This document shows, piece after piece, positions 1-9,843 of a stretch of DNA of 48,145 nucleotides. Source of the stretch: a virus (lineage: Duplodnaviria; Heunggongvirae; Uroviricota; Caudoviricetes); IMG/VR virus record IMGVR_UViG_2526164669_000027, one strand, 5' to 3'. Numbering within the stretch: the stretch's first letter is position 1; every line of letters starts with the position of its first letter. A program made the translations under genes and the position numbers. The notes below the pieces were generated by a model. The model searched no databases, had not been told where the DNA came from, and was given only the letters and a program-made list of their open reading frames with translations.

Positions 1-348
1 GTGGCTCATGATTTCAGTAATGCTGTAAAAGTAGCCGATGCAGAGGCCTCTCTACAAGAGAAGCAACTGTATAAAGTTCAGATTGCAGTGAAATCATTAA
101 TAGATTTTGTTGTCTTAAGTTTTGAACAGCTTGGGATTGAAAAACTTAACGAGTTAGTAGATCCCTCTCTAGATGAGTTACATCAAATAATTCTTGAGCT
201 GGATGCAAAAGCTAAAGAACTTGATGCCCTAGACTTACAGCAAATACTTCTGACCGCACAGATTATGATCCGCGACATCAAACAGAAAAATCCGGATTTG
301 TGCGCACAAAGCTCAAATATTCTGAAAAGAGCTAATATTTTTAAGTAA
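1..348 (+). CDS. hypothetical protein, 3' part only (5' end lies left of the window); AT-rich accessory gene beyond the tail fibre genes
   Basis: Open frame to the window edge; low GC and helical, Leu/Lys/Asp-rich composition unlike the adjacent tail genes; convergent with tfa. Confidence 0.4.
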   Translation: MAHDFSNAVKVADAEASLQEKQLYKVQIAVKSLIDFVVLSFEQLGIEKLNELVDPSLDELHQIILELDAKAKELDALDLQQILLTAQIMIRDIKQKNPDLCAQSSNILKRANIFK

Positions 349-380
349 CTTTAGATAATGAACGAGGCCCCCGGAGGCGT

Positions 381-509
381 ATGCACATGAACAAACTCCA
401 AACTATCGCTGATATGCTGAGACTAGCTAACCGTCTGAACGAAATCGTTGCAGAGATGGAAATCCGTAAGCAAGCTATGATTACTGAACTGGTCAGTAAA
501 GCTGCATAA
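381..509 (+). CDS. small hypothetical protein (42 aa)
   Basis: ATG at 381 preceded by GGAGG (372-376); stop just before a hairpin terminator; not in the ORF track (<60 aa). Confidence 0.3.
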   Translation: MHMNKLQTIADMLRLANRLNEIVAEMEIRKQAMITELVSKAA

Positions 510-514
510 TACTC

Positions 515-540
515 AAAACCCGGCTTAAAGCCGGGTTTTC
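515..540 (+). terminator. intrinsic terminator-like hairpin
   Basis: AAAACCCGGC-TTAAA-GCCGGGTTTT stem-loop with T-run, between convergent genes. Confidence 0.55.
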
Positions 541-632
541 TATTCCTTTAACTAAACTTCGCGATCTTTTCTGGGCTAATTGACGCACAATTCTGGGCAG
601 GGAGCGCGCAGCCAAAAGCCTAGAATTGACCG

Positions 633-1211
633 CTAATTACTGCTAATCACCATCTCTCTGATTGAGCGTAAATCATCCAGATTATTCAGTTCATCCTTCA
701 TCTCCCGCTGGCGACGATAAATCGCGTCATTGCGATCAACCTGTGCCTGCGCCATTGCTGTCGCCAGTTCTTCCAGTTCCGGCATTGACAGTTTCACCTG
801 TTGATTATCGGCGTCACCCCACGCAAGGGCGGTTCGTGCCGTATCGGATTTCGCCGCCATTACTACCGGATAAAGACGGGCCATTGAGTCGGGGCCAGCG
901 TTCCAGGTGCGACCGTTCCATTCGAACGTGAACGGCAGTGCTTCCTGTTCTGTACGCCACGCCTCGATTTCCCGCTTTTTGGCATCTTTTGCCGCAGCGA
1001 TAAGTTCCGGCGTGACGGTGAACGGGGCGATTTCGCCCCATTTGCCGCTCTGCAACTCTTCCCAGATGCGCTGGCCTGTCGGTGCGGTATCGTCCTGCAT
1101 GGCGGTATACAGGACGAATTCCGTTTCACCTTCAAATAACACCTCGCAGTCAACCGCACCATTTTCAAGATAATGCGCGTTTCTGATGCCTTTTACTGCT
1201 CTGATTTTCAT
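633..1211 (-). CDS. tfa: tail fibre assembly protein (Tfa-like)
   Basis: 192-aa ORF directly downstream of the side tail fibre gene; resembles lambdoid Tfa as recalled. Confidence 0.75.
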   Translation of the reverse strand: MKIRAVKGIRNAHYLENGAVDCEVLFEGETEFVLYTAMQDDTAPTGQRIWEELQSGKWGEIAPFTVTPELIAAAKDAKKREIEAWRTEQEALPFTFEWNGRTWNAGPDSMARLYPVVMAAKSDTARTALAWGDADNQQVKLSMPELEELATAMAQAQVDRNDAIYRRQREMKDELNNLDDLRSIREMVISSN

Positions 1212-1225
1212 GTCTTATCTCCCCG

Positions 1226-3340
1226 TTACTCGATGCGCACAAACAGACACGCATAACCATACTGACCGAGTGTGGTGGTTGCATTTTGCCCTGACAGCGC
1301 CATGTATCGACCGGGAAAACCAGCACATGCGCCTGATGAGCCCGGGGTGCCGACAAGGAATCGTGGATTTCCGGTAAAAATCCCGGTATCACCGGCACTG
1401 CAGAGTATTGCCAGTGGGCTGAGTCGTGAGCCCTGAACAACGTCACCCTGGGCTATTTTTTTATCGTCGTCGTTGAGATGGAGTCCCCGGTACACGGCAA
1501 AAATCGGGACGCCAACCGCCGGATATTTGTAGTATGAGGAGGAGTCAGTGCCTGCTGTTCTGGACAACAGGAACGCCAGCGAATCGCCGTCGTAAATAAT
1601 GGGGCTTACTGTTGCATTCCAGTTGTTTCCACTCCAGCGATAAGTCAGGCGATGAATACTGTGCTCACCTTCGTAATACTGGTTAAAACACAGCAGCGTT
1701 TTGAATTTGCGCGTCGTGTCTGACTCGTCGTTATCAAAGGGTGACCACATCACATCAATGATGCCGTTAAATTTCGTGGTGCCCGCCAGTAGTGTGGAAG
1801 AGTCCGCAATACTGACCGCATAACGCCCCGGGGTGGCCTCTTTCAGCCATTCAGCAAAATCGGCCTGTCCGTTAAATGTCAGGGCTTCGGTGCTGGTAAA
1901 TGCCTGACCGAACCCATGCATACCGGACAGTGCCAGCCTGCCCGGTGTACGGTCGCGGATATCGCTCTGGGGTTCCATCGTCGCAGCCGCTTTCAGTTCA
2001 AGCTCCGTGCGCATGGCCTCAGACGTGTCCAGCGCCAGTAATGCGCGGGCTTTTTCTGACAGTTGCGCCAGTAAAATCCGGCCCTCTGCACTGAAATAAG
2101 GCAGTGTGTTTTCTTCCGGTGTTATCTGGCTGACAGCCGTTAACACGTCATTAAGCGGCTGTTTACCTGCCAGTGCTTTAGTGACGGTTGTCGCAAAGTT
2201 CGGGTCATTACCCAGCGCCGCTGCCAGCTCGTTCAGTGTGTCCAGGGCTTCCGGTGACGAGTCAACCAGTGCGGCAAGCAGTTTGCGGACAAAAGCAGCA
2301 TTCGCTGTTTCCAGACCAGCAGCATCATCCGGTGGTGTTGGTGTGGTTGGCGTGCCGGTGAATGCCGGGCTGTCCAGCGGCGCTTTTGTTTTCATCTCGT
2401 CCATGACGGTTTTGACAGCCTTTGGTGTGGCAGCCAGTTCTTCGCTGTCGTTATCCGTATCACTACAGAGTTGCACCAGGCCTTTTTGCGTCGTGCTGGC
2501 GTTGGTTCCCTTCAGGTCATCAACTATCCGTTGCGCCTCGTCCCTGTGCTGTTTCGCGCTCTGCTCGCTTTTGGCAGCCGCTTCGGCGCTGGCTTTTGCC
2601 TCGCCGGTCAGCGTTGCGGCATCAGCAAGTTTATCGAGCGCTTTCTGGACTATCGCGTCAGCATCCTTGACAGCCTGCTCTGCGCGGGCGGCATCCTGTG
2701 TGGCAGATGATGCCAGGAGCGCCACCTGATTTTTATCTTCGGCAACGGCTTCTGCATTCTGCTGTACGTTATCCGCCAGCGTCTGGCAGTCGCTCTTAAT
2801 TTGTTGCGCATCAGCGACATGTTGCCCGGCCTGTCGTTCGCTTTCTGCAGCGGCTTCGGCATTTTGCTGTGCCTGATTTTTTAGCTCTTCTGCATTATTT
2901 TTACTGTCAAGAGCAGAAGTCGCTGCGTTTGTTGCCGTCTCCGCTGCCGCCTCTGCTCTTTCACGATCATTGGTGACCTGCTCCGACTGCCGGGCAACCG
3001 CATCCACCATTTCCTCAAAGCGCTTCATCACCTCCGGACGTAAATCACCATCCTTTGGTGCATCCAGAAACGCGTTAAGTGTCCCCGGTGCATCAGTCGG
3101 TGCCACATAAATATCCCCGACACGGGTTGGCTGCCAGCCGTTACGGTGAAGCGCAACCTCGTAATACCCCGGCTCAGCCTCAATCACATAAGCACCGTTA
3201 TTGTCCGTCACACAAGTGGCAACAACGTGTGCCACAACGGTCGGACTGGTTCTTCTGGCTCGCAATTCAATCGCACAATTTACGACAGGTTTACCCGCCC
3301 CATCTTTCAGTACACCTGAAATCTTTACTGCCATATTCAC
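1226..3340 (-). CDS. stf: side tail fibre protein (Stf-like), 704 aa
   Basis: Position between lom and tfa; long Ala/Gln/Glu-rich coiled central region and C-terminal fibre-tip domain. Confidence 0.8.
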   Translation of the reverse strand: MNMAVKISGVLKDGAGKPVVNCAIELRARRTSPTVVAHVVATCVTDNNGAYVIEAEPGYYEVALHRNGWQPTRVGDIYVAPTDAPGTLNAFLDAPKDGDLRPEVMKRFEEMVDAVARQSEQVTNDRERAEAAAETATNAATSALDSKNNAEELKNQAQQNAEAAAESERQAGQHVADAQQIKSDCQTLADNVQQNAEAVAEDKNQVALLASSATQDAARAEQAVKDADAIVQKALDKLADAATLTGEAKASAEAAAKSEQSAKQHRDEAQRIVDDLKGTNASTTQKGLVQLCSDTDNDSEELAATPKAVKTVMDEMKTKAPLDSPAFTGTPTTPTPPDDAAGLETANAAFVRKLLAALVDSSPEALDTLNELAAALGNDPNFATTVTKALAGKQPLNDVLTAVSQITPEENTLPYFSAEGRILLAQLSEKARALLALDTSEAMRTELELKAAATMEPQSDIRDRTPGRLALSGMHGFGQAFTSTEALTFNGQADFAEWLKEATPGRYAVSIADSSTLLAGTTKFNGIIDVMWSPFDNDESDTTRKFKTLLCFNQYYEGEHSIHRLTYRWSGNNWNATVSPIIYDGDSLAFLLSRTAGTDSSSYYKYPAVGVPIFAVYRGLHLNDDDKKIAQGDVVQGSRLSPLAILCSAGDTGIFTGNPRFLVGTPGSSGACAGFPGRYMALSGQNATTTLGQYGYACLFVRIE

Positions 3341-3398
3341 CCCACAAAAAAGCCCGCCTGAACCGGCGGGCTGTCATAACACTGTGTTACCTGGCTAA

Positions 3399-3998
3399 TC
3401 AGAACTTATAACCGACACCCATGATGAAACCGTCAGTGCGCCAGTCGCCACTGCCGGAGCCTTCATAAGCAATATCAATGGCCACGGATTCGGTCGGGTT
3501 AAACTGCACGCCAGCTCCCCACGCCAGAGACGTGTTGCTGTGGCGACCGTCATCACTTCCGGTCAGCACATCGTGCGTTTTCCCCTTGTTGTCAGTTACG
3601 CGGAGATAATCTCCGGAGAAAGTCGAAACACGGCTGTAAGCCATACCCGCCATCGCATACGCGCTGAACCATTCATTCACGCGCACAGACGGCCCCGCCA
3701 TTACGCTGAACCCGCGGTTACGAACGGAATCTTCATGCCAGCGGGTATCGCTGTAGTGCGTTTTTTGCTCATCTTTGGCATTGGCATAACTGAATGACGT
3801 CACAACACCCAGCATGTCCGTAAACTCATAACGGTATTTCACGTTAATCCCGTTCAGATCATCACTACCGGGAACGTTCGTCGAGGCATGGAGATACCCC
3901 GCGCTCAGCGTGGACTGATGTTCTGCTGCACTCGCTGGCGTGGCAGCGGCGACCTGCCAGACTACTGCGGACAAAATAACAGCACATAATTTACGCAT
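3399..3998 (-). CDS. lom: Lom/Ail-family outer membrane beta-barrel protein
   Basis: 199 aa, signal peptide, C-terminal ...GVGYKF typical of the Ail/Lom family; sits downstream of J as in lambda. Confidence 0.9.
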   Translation of the reverse strand: MRKLCAVILSAVVWQVAAATPASAAEHQSTLSAGYLHASTNVPGSDDLNGINVKYRYEFTDMLGVVTSFSYANAKDEQKTHYSDTRWHEDSVRNRGFSVMAGPSVRVNEWFSAYAMAGMAYSRVSTFSGDYLRVTDNKGKTHDVLTGSDDGRHSNTSLAWGAGVQFNPTESVAIDIAYEGSGSGDWRTDGFIMGVGYKF

Positions 3999-4065
3999 AA
4001 TTACCTCTCGCTTTTCTGCAATAAAAAAGGCGCCATTTCTGGCGCCCGTATCTGGGTTATAAAAT

Positions 4066-7000
4066 TCAGCTAATCGTGATGCCTGCAGTGGCTTTCTTCA
4101 TCACCACAACCAGCAAATCGCTGATACTTGCTGTGGGATACCAGTTATTTACCAGCCATGCTGACACCGAAAACTCCAGTGTCATGTGACCGTGACCGGC
4201 AGGCATATCAATAACACCACTGTAAATCAGCGTATTATCCAGCGCGGTACGGTTATAAATTTCAGCACCGTTTTTCCGTACTATCAGACGGCATGAGGAG
4301 TAAATATCAGTATACTCTTTCTCATGTTTAGCGCCGCTGAATGCCACCGCCGGAATAACAATCTGCCGGTCAAACGGCTGATCGTCATAAACCCTGACGG
4401 TAATGGTTCCTGATGGCCACCGCTCCGGTGCACGGGAGTCCCGGGGGAAAGCTTTGCCCACTGTTTTAACGAGATCGCCTTCAATCTGGTTGGCGGACAA
4501 TTTTCCCAGAACCCGACAGTTCTCGTTAATCGTGACGTTGTTGAGCGTCCCGGAGTTCGCATTCACGTTACCGCTGATATCGGCATTTTTCGCCGTCAGC
4601 CGCCCGTCCGGTGTCAGGGAAAATGCCGGAGGATTACCGCCGCTGGTAATGGTCGGAGCCGTCAGGCGTTTCAGGAACACGTCGTTCATGAATACCTGGT
4701 TGCCCTGCGCCACAAACATCGGAGTGGTGTTGCCATTGGACGGATCAATAAACGCGATACGGTTAGCGGCAACCAGGAACTGGCTCAGTTTGCCTTCCTC
4801 CGTGTCCTCCATGCTGAGGCCAAGTCCCGCGACATAATGCTTACCGTCTTCGGTCTGCTCAATTTTGACGCCCCACATGGCATTCCATTTATCGTTGGCG
4901 TCTTTCCACTCTTTCGAAAACTGATCCAGTCTGCTGGCGTTATCTTCCGTCAGGTCGACTTTTTCCAGCAGCTCCTTGCCGAGATGGGATTCGGTTATCT
5001 GGCCTTTGAAAAAATCCAGGTAACCTTCCGCATCATCGCTCGCCCGACCGACAGCCTCCACAAATGCCGATTTGCCAACAGTGTTCACACTACGGATATA
5101 AAAATAATAATCATGGCCCGGTTTGATATTGATACTGGCGGCTATCCAGTACAGCGCCGTGCCAAGATAGCGGGCTGTGGTTTCAACCTGCCTGATATCC
5201 GCAATCCGCTTTTCCGAGAACCAGAACTCAAACTGTACCGTCGGATCATAAACGGCAAGATGCGGCGTGGCGGTTATCTGAAAATAGCCCGGCGTCAGCT
5301 CAATCCGCGACGGTGCTGCCGGTGCGGCAATCCGGAACGATACCGATGCCGGATCGCCCTGCTGCCCCCAGGCATTTGCCGCCCGGACTGTCAACCTGTA
5401 GTTTCCCAGCGCCAGTTGCGTGAAGCGGTATGTGGTTTCCGTCGTCCGGGCCGTGCTGACCAGCCGCTCACTGCCGTCGTCTGCTGCCACAGTCAGGCGA
5501 AGCATAAAGCTCACACCCTTCACCACCTTCGGCGTGTCCCATCGCGCCAGCACCTGATATTCCCCGCTGTCTGCAGTGACTTCGGCGGTCAGATGCTGCA
5601 CTGCTGGCGGCGTGACACCCTTCACCGTGCCGCTCTGGTCACCGTCAAAGTGCGCCCCGTTATCCACGATGGCCTCTTTCTCCGGCACATGCTGCACGGC
5701 AGTGATGGCATACGTGCCGTCGTCGTTCTCACGGATACTCACGCAGCGGAACAGGCGCTGGCGCAGCGTCGGCAGCTTAAGCCCCCACACGCTGTATTCA
5801 GCAACACCGTCAGGAACACGGCTCACTTTTACCTTCACGCCGTCGGTGACGGACTGAACCTCCACGCTGACCGGATTGCCACTTCCGTCAACCAGGCTTA
5901 TCAGCGTGGTACCGGAGGGTGGCAGCATGATTTCACGGTCAAGCGTCAGCGTCCGGGTCTCGCTGTTCACCGCCAGCACGCGACCACCGGTACTGATACC
6001 GGCATAGTCATCATCGCAGACTTCAATGACGTCACCCGGTACATGGCGAAGCCCTTCTGCACCCACGCTGAAGTCCACCGTCTGCGTTTCCAGTAGTTCC
6101 GTTTTAATCAGCCACAGCCCGGCGCGGTGTGCCTGCCCCCGGCTGGTACAGCCAAAGGCATCCATCTTCGTAACATTACGACCGTAACGGGCAATGGCCT
6201 GCGTATCTTCAACAAGCTCTGTCGCCGTCTCCCAGCCGTTGTTCGGGTCAATCCAGTTCACCTCAACGGCATTATGGCGGTCCTTCAGGGCGCTGAAGCT
6301 GTAGCGGAACGGCGCGCCATCATCCGGCATCACCACATTACTGCGGTTATAGGTCCACGCCTTATCCGACGGTCGGTCCTGCACGAACGTCAGCGTCTGC
6401 CCGTTCCATACCGGCATACAGCGCATCGCCGAGCAGAAATCGCTGAGCACATCCCACGCCTTACGCTGTGTGGTCAGGTACGCATTACAGGTGATGCGCG
6501 GCTCCGTGCCGCCAAAGCCGTCCGGCACTGACTGGTCGCAGTACTGGCCGATGACATACAGCGCCCATTTATCCACATCTGCCGCACCAAGACGTTTCCC
6601 CATGCCGTAGCGTGGATGGGTCAGCATATCCCACAGACACCAGGCCATGTTGTCGCTGTACGCAGGCTTAAACGTTCCGTCCCAGATACCGCTGTATTGC
6701 CGCGTCTGCGGGTTATAGTTCGACGGCACCTGCAGAATGCGCCCGCGAAGATGATAATTACGACTCACCTGCTGGCTGCCGAACTGCTCCGAGTCCACCT
6801 GTACACCGACCAGTGCCGTGTTCGGGTAGCCCTGTTTCACATCGATGATTTCGGTGTATGACGACCAGAGCGTTTTGTTCTGCAGCTGGTCTGTAGTGCT
6901 GTCCGGCGTCATTCTGCGCATCCGGATATTAAACGGGCGCGGCGGCAGGTTACCCACCACCACCGAGGCCAGATACTGCGAGGTGGTTTTGCCCTTAATG

Positions 7001-7461
7001 GTGATGTCTTTTTCCGTCACCCAGCCACCATTACGCTGTATCTGAACCAGCAGACGGACTTCCGACGGATTCCTGTCACCCTTTGAGGTGGTTTCCACCA
7101 GTGCCTGCACACCGAAGGTAAAGCGCAGACGGTCGATGTTTGCAGACGTGATGGTCCGGGTAATCGGCGTGTCGTACTTCACTTCCGTACCCAGCACCGT
7201 CTCGGAGCCGGAGGATTCAAATCCCTCCGGCGGTGTCTGCTCCTGCTCACCTGCCCGGAACACCACCGTGACGCCGGATATATTGGTATTCCCCTCACTG
7301 TCCAGCACCGGCGTACTGTTCAGCAGCACGCTTTTTAATCCATCCACCGGACCTTCAATCGGCCCTTCACTGATCGCATCAATCACGCTCAGTAACTGCG
7401 TGGATTTCAGGTTATCTTTCGCTTCGCGAGGAGTGTGCCCCTTGCTGCCACCTTTACCCAT
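4066..7461 (-). CDS. J: host specificity / central tail fibre protein J (1131 aa)
   Basis: Size and position match lambda J; follows I/K/L/M. Confidence 0.95.
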   Translation of the reverse strand: MGKGGSKGHTPREAKDNLKSTQLLSVIDAISEGPIEGPVDGLKSVLLNSTPVLDSEGNTNISGVTVVFRAGEQEQTPPEGFESSGSETVLGTEVKYDTPITRTITSANIDRLRFTFGVQALVETTSKGDRNPSEVRLLVQIQRNGGWVTEKDITIKGKTTSQYLASVVVGNLPPRPFNIRMRRMTPDSTTDQLQNKTLWSSYTEIIDVKQGYPNTALVGVQVDSEQFGSQQVSRNYHLRGRILQVPSNYNPQTRQYSGIWDGTFKPAYSDNMAWCLWDMLTHPRYGMGKRLGAADVDKWALYVIGQYCDQSVPDGFGGTEPRITCNAYLTTQRKAWDVLSDFCSAMRCMPVWNGQTLTFVQDRPSDKAWTYNRSNVVMPDDGAPFRYSFSALKDRHNAVEVNWIDPNNGWETATELVEDTQAIARYGRNVTKMDAFGCTSRGQAHRAGLWLIKTELLETQTVDFSVGAEGLRHVPGDVIEVCDDDYAGISTGGRVLAVNSETRTLTLDREIMLPPSGTTLISLVDGSGNPVSVEVQSVTDGVKVKVSRVPDGVAEYSVWGLKLPTLRQRLFRCVSIRENDDGTYAITAVQHVPEKEAIVDNGAHFDGDQSGTVKGVTPPAVQHLTAEVTADSGEYQVLARWDTPKVVKGVSFMLRLTVAADDGSERLVSTARTTETTYRFTQLALGNYRLTVRAANAWGQQGDPASVSFRIAAPAAPSRIELTPGYFQITATPHLAVYDPTVQFEFWFSEKRIADIRQVETTARYLGTALYWIAASINIKPGHDYYFYIRSVNTVGKSAFVEAVGRASDDAEGYLDFFKGQITESHLGKELLEKVDLTEDNASRLDQFSKEWKDANDKWNAMWGVKIEQTEDGKHYVAGLGLSMEDTEEGKLSQFLVAANRIAFIDPSNGNTTPMFVAQGNQVFMNDVFLKRLTAPTITSGGNPPAFSLTPDGRLTAKNADISGNVNANSGTLNNVTINENCRVLGKLSANQIEGDLVKTVGKAFPRDSRAPERWPSGTITVRVYDDQPFDRQIVIPAVAFSGAKHEKEYTDIYSSCRLIVRKNGAEIYNRTALDNTLIYSGVIDMPAGHGHMTLEFSVSAWLVNNWYPTASISDLLVVVMKKATAGITIS

Positions 7462-7521
7462 TTATCTGGCTCCATTAACAACAAAACCGCCCGCAGGCGG
7501 TTTCACATAAAACGTTTTACA

Positions 7522-8169
7522 TCAGCGACCAATCACCACAACCTGACCACCATCACCCTCATCAGCAGTACTGATACTCTGTGAAATCACACGCGACCCC
7601 ACACGCATCTCACCATACAGTACCGGTAACGGATTCCCCTGGGCGATCATATTATCCAGCGAGGAAAAAAAGGTGTTCTGCTTGCCGTTATCCGTTGTCT
7701 GTGTACGGGGGGTTTTGGGTTTAGGTGCCAGCATCTGCGCCACACCGCCCAAGATCATACTGGCCCCTGCCGCATACATGCCCGATACAGCCGCGGCACC
7801 CAGCCAGCCCACAGGGTTCCACCATGCCACCGCAATCAACGCCGCCCCCAGCACCACCTGAAATACACCGCCACTTTTAGCTCCCGCCAGACGCGGCACG
7901 ATATGGATCACGGCACCATTTGCCAGCGGCTCATTAAGACGGGCAGATAATTCGGTTTCACCTGCATCACGCCCGGCAATGCGCACCTGATACCAGCCGT
8001 CATTCAGCTTCTGACGAAACGCCGGGAGCTGTGTGGCCAGCGCCCGGATGGCTTCGGCCCCCGTTTTCACACGAAGGTCGATGCGGCGGCCAAATCGTTG
8101 CAAATCCCCGTAAAGGCAGATGCGTGCCATGCCCGGTGACGCCAGAGGGAGTGTGTACGTCGCTGCCAT
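7522..8169 (-). CDS. I: tail assembly protein I
   Basis: Translation MAATYTLPLASPGMARICLYGDLQRFGRR... closely matches lambda I as recalled. Confidence 0.9.
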   Translation of the reverse strand: MAATYTLPLASPGMARICLYGDLQRFGRRIDLRVKTGAEAIRALATQLPAFRQKLNDGWYQVRIAGRDAGETELSARLNEPLANGAVIHIVPRLAGAKSGGVFQVVLGAALIAVAWWNPVGWLGAAAVSGMYAAGASMILGGVAQMLAPKPKTPRTQTTDNGKQNTFFSSLDNMIAQGNPLPVLYGEMRVGSRVISQSISTADEGDGGQVVVIGR

Positions 8170-8810
8170 TTGTCGGTATACCTCTCTCGTTTGCTCAGTT
8201 GTTCAGGAATATGGTGCAGCAGCTCGCCGTCACCACAGTAAATGGCGGCATGATTCGGCACCGATGAACCAAAACAGCACAGCAGCACATCGCCCGGTTG
8301 TGCTGATGACAACGGCACCTGATACAGCCCCGTGGCCTCCAGATTATCCAGATAGAGATTCTGACCGTTACGCCACCAGTCATCCCCGCGATGAAAATCC
8401 GGCATCTCAATCCCCGCCAGATGATAAGCATCCCGGAACAGCGTGTAACAGTCCGTCACCCCGTGCTCAAAGCGTCGCCCGGTAAGATGCGGCACACTGC
8501 GAAATTTATGAATCTCACCCCGGCAGACCAGCCACCAAGGCAAATCGCTCTGCACCTGCAGCCGCCGGTCGGCCTCACTCAGCCAGGGCAGACCACCGGG
8601 GTGGCTGTGGACCAGCGCCACAATCTCACCCTGCATCTCTGCCCGCAGCCAGTCCTCCGGCGACATCCGGAAATACGCCTCCGGCTCACCGGAGATATTC
8701 ACGCAGGGAAAATATCTTTCCCCTTCCGGCGTTCTCACCACGAAGCCGCACGACTCCGCTGGCGCACATCGCCGGGCGTGCGCCAGAATCGCTGATTCTG
8801 TCTCTGTCAT
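8067..8810 (-). CDS. K: tail assembly protein K (NlpC/P60 plus MPN-like domains)
   Basis: Translation MTETESAILAHARRCAPAESCGFVV... closely matches lambda K as recalled; overlaps I as in lambda. Confidence 0.9.
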   Translation of the reverse strand: MTETESAILAHARRCAPAESCGFVVRTPEGERYFPCVNISGEPEAYFRMSPEDWLRAEMQGEIVALVHSHPGGLPWLSEADRRLQVQSDLPWWLVCRGEIHKFRSVPHLTGRRFEHGVTDCYTLFRDAYHLAGIEMPDFHRGDDWWRNGQNLYLDNLEATGLYQVPLSSAQPGDVLLCCFGSSVPNHAAIYCGDGELLHHIPEQLSKRERYTDKWQRRTHSLWRHRAWHASAFTGICNDLAAASTFV

Positions 8811-8815
8811 GGGAT

Positions 8816-9514
8816 TTACTGCGAAAGTTTGTTAATGGAAAGGAAGCCGCCAAAGTTGCCGACGTTATTGCGGAACTTACAACCGCTCAGGCATTTGCTG
8901 CATTTATCCTTCGTGATATCGGACGTTGGCTGGTCATATTCATCCGCGACAGCCGGACCGTGATAACCGCACTCGTCACCGCGATAGGTCCAGGTGCAGG
9001 TGTTGGCCAGCATGATACGTCCCGGAAAAACAGCGCCATCCGTTTCCGTCGGCGTGGACAGTACAAAGGAGGCACTTACCGCTGTTAAATTGCTACACTG
9101 CTCGATGCGCCAGCGGCTGATAATCTCCTGCTCCGGATCGGCTTCGCTGTTTCCGTTTGCGAAATTCACCGCATCCAGAAAACGGGCGTAAACCTTACGC
9201 CGGACCACCGTTCCGCCGACCAGACTCTGCAGGTCTTCTGCCATTCCGGTGACCGTACCGTACAGGTTAGAGACCGTCAGTGTCGGACGGGCAGCACTGC
9301 CCTTGCCGTTCAGTTCAAAACCGCTCCCCTGAATGGGATACGCCTGATACTGTCGCCCCTGCCAGGTGACCGGCTCACCTTTTTCGTTCTGCTCATTACA
9401 GAAAAAATAACGTTCTCCACCGACCTCTGTCAGATCGATTTCCCAGAGCTCGACCAGCGCGGATTGCTCCGATTTTGTACACTCATTCTGTGTTTCCTGC
9501 TGTATATCCTGCAT
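8816..9514 (-). CDS. L: minor tail protein L
   Basis: 232 aa in lambda gene order with Cys-rich C-terminus. Confidence 0.9.
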   Translation of the reverse strand: MQDIQQETQNECTKSEQSALVELWEIDLTEVGGERYFFCNEQNEKGEPVTWQGRQYQAYPIQGSGFELNGKGSAARPTLTVSNLYGTVTGMAEDLQSLVGGTVVRRKVYARFLDAVNFANGNSEADPEQEIISRWRIEQCSNLTAVSASFVLSTPTETDGAVFPGRIMLANTCTWTYRGDECGYHGPAVADEYDQPTSDITKDKCSKCLSGCKFRNNVGNFGGFLSINKLSQ

Positions 9515-9843
9515 CAGTTTACCACCTGCTCAAAATCTGCCGTTACAGTTACCCATAACGCACCAACGCTTGCCGACCATTTACGACAAACCACCCTGAC
9601 AGGTTTCCAGCCATAAGGTGGTGTCCACTGAAACGCTCTGACACCGCCATGTCGCACCAGAAAATCCTCCAGCGACTGATGTTCTCCTTTACGTATCCGG
9701 ATAGTCACACTGTAAACGGGCAATACATTATTCAGCCCTGCCGGTCGCCGCTGCTCATAGCCATCCCCCAGCTTTACCGTCAACACCTTCGGTTCCGATG
9801 CCACAGTCATATCAGGGCGAATTTTCCAGTGAAAAGTTTCCAT
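9514..9843 (-). CDS. M: minor tail protein M
   Basis: 109 aa between H and L; stop/start overlap with L. Confidence 0.85.
   Translation of the reverse strand: METFHWKIRPDMTVASEPKVLTVKLGDGYEQRRPAGLNNVLPVYSVTIRIRKGEHQSLEDFLVRHGGVRAFQWTPPYGWKPVRVVCRKWSASVGALWVTVTADFEQVVN

Noticed and set aside
2106-2729. 207-aa plus-strand Ala/Ser-rich ORF
   Set aside because: Antisense shadow of the Ala/Gln/Glu-rich coiled region of the side tail fibre gene
4837-6096. 419-aa plus-strand ORF
   Set aside because: Lies entirely antisense within the J gene; Arg/His-rich shadow ORF with no start context
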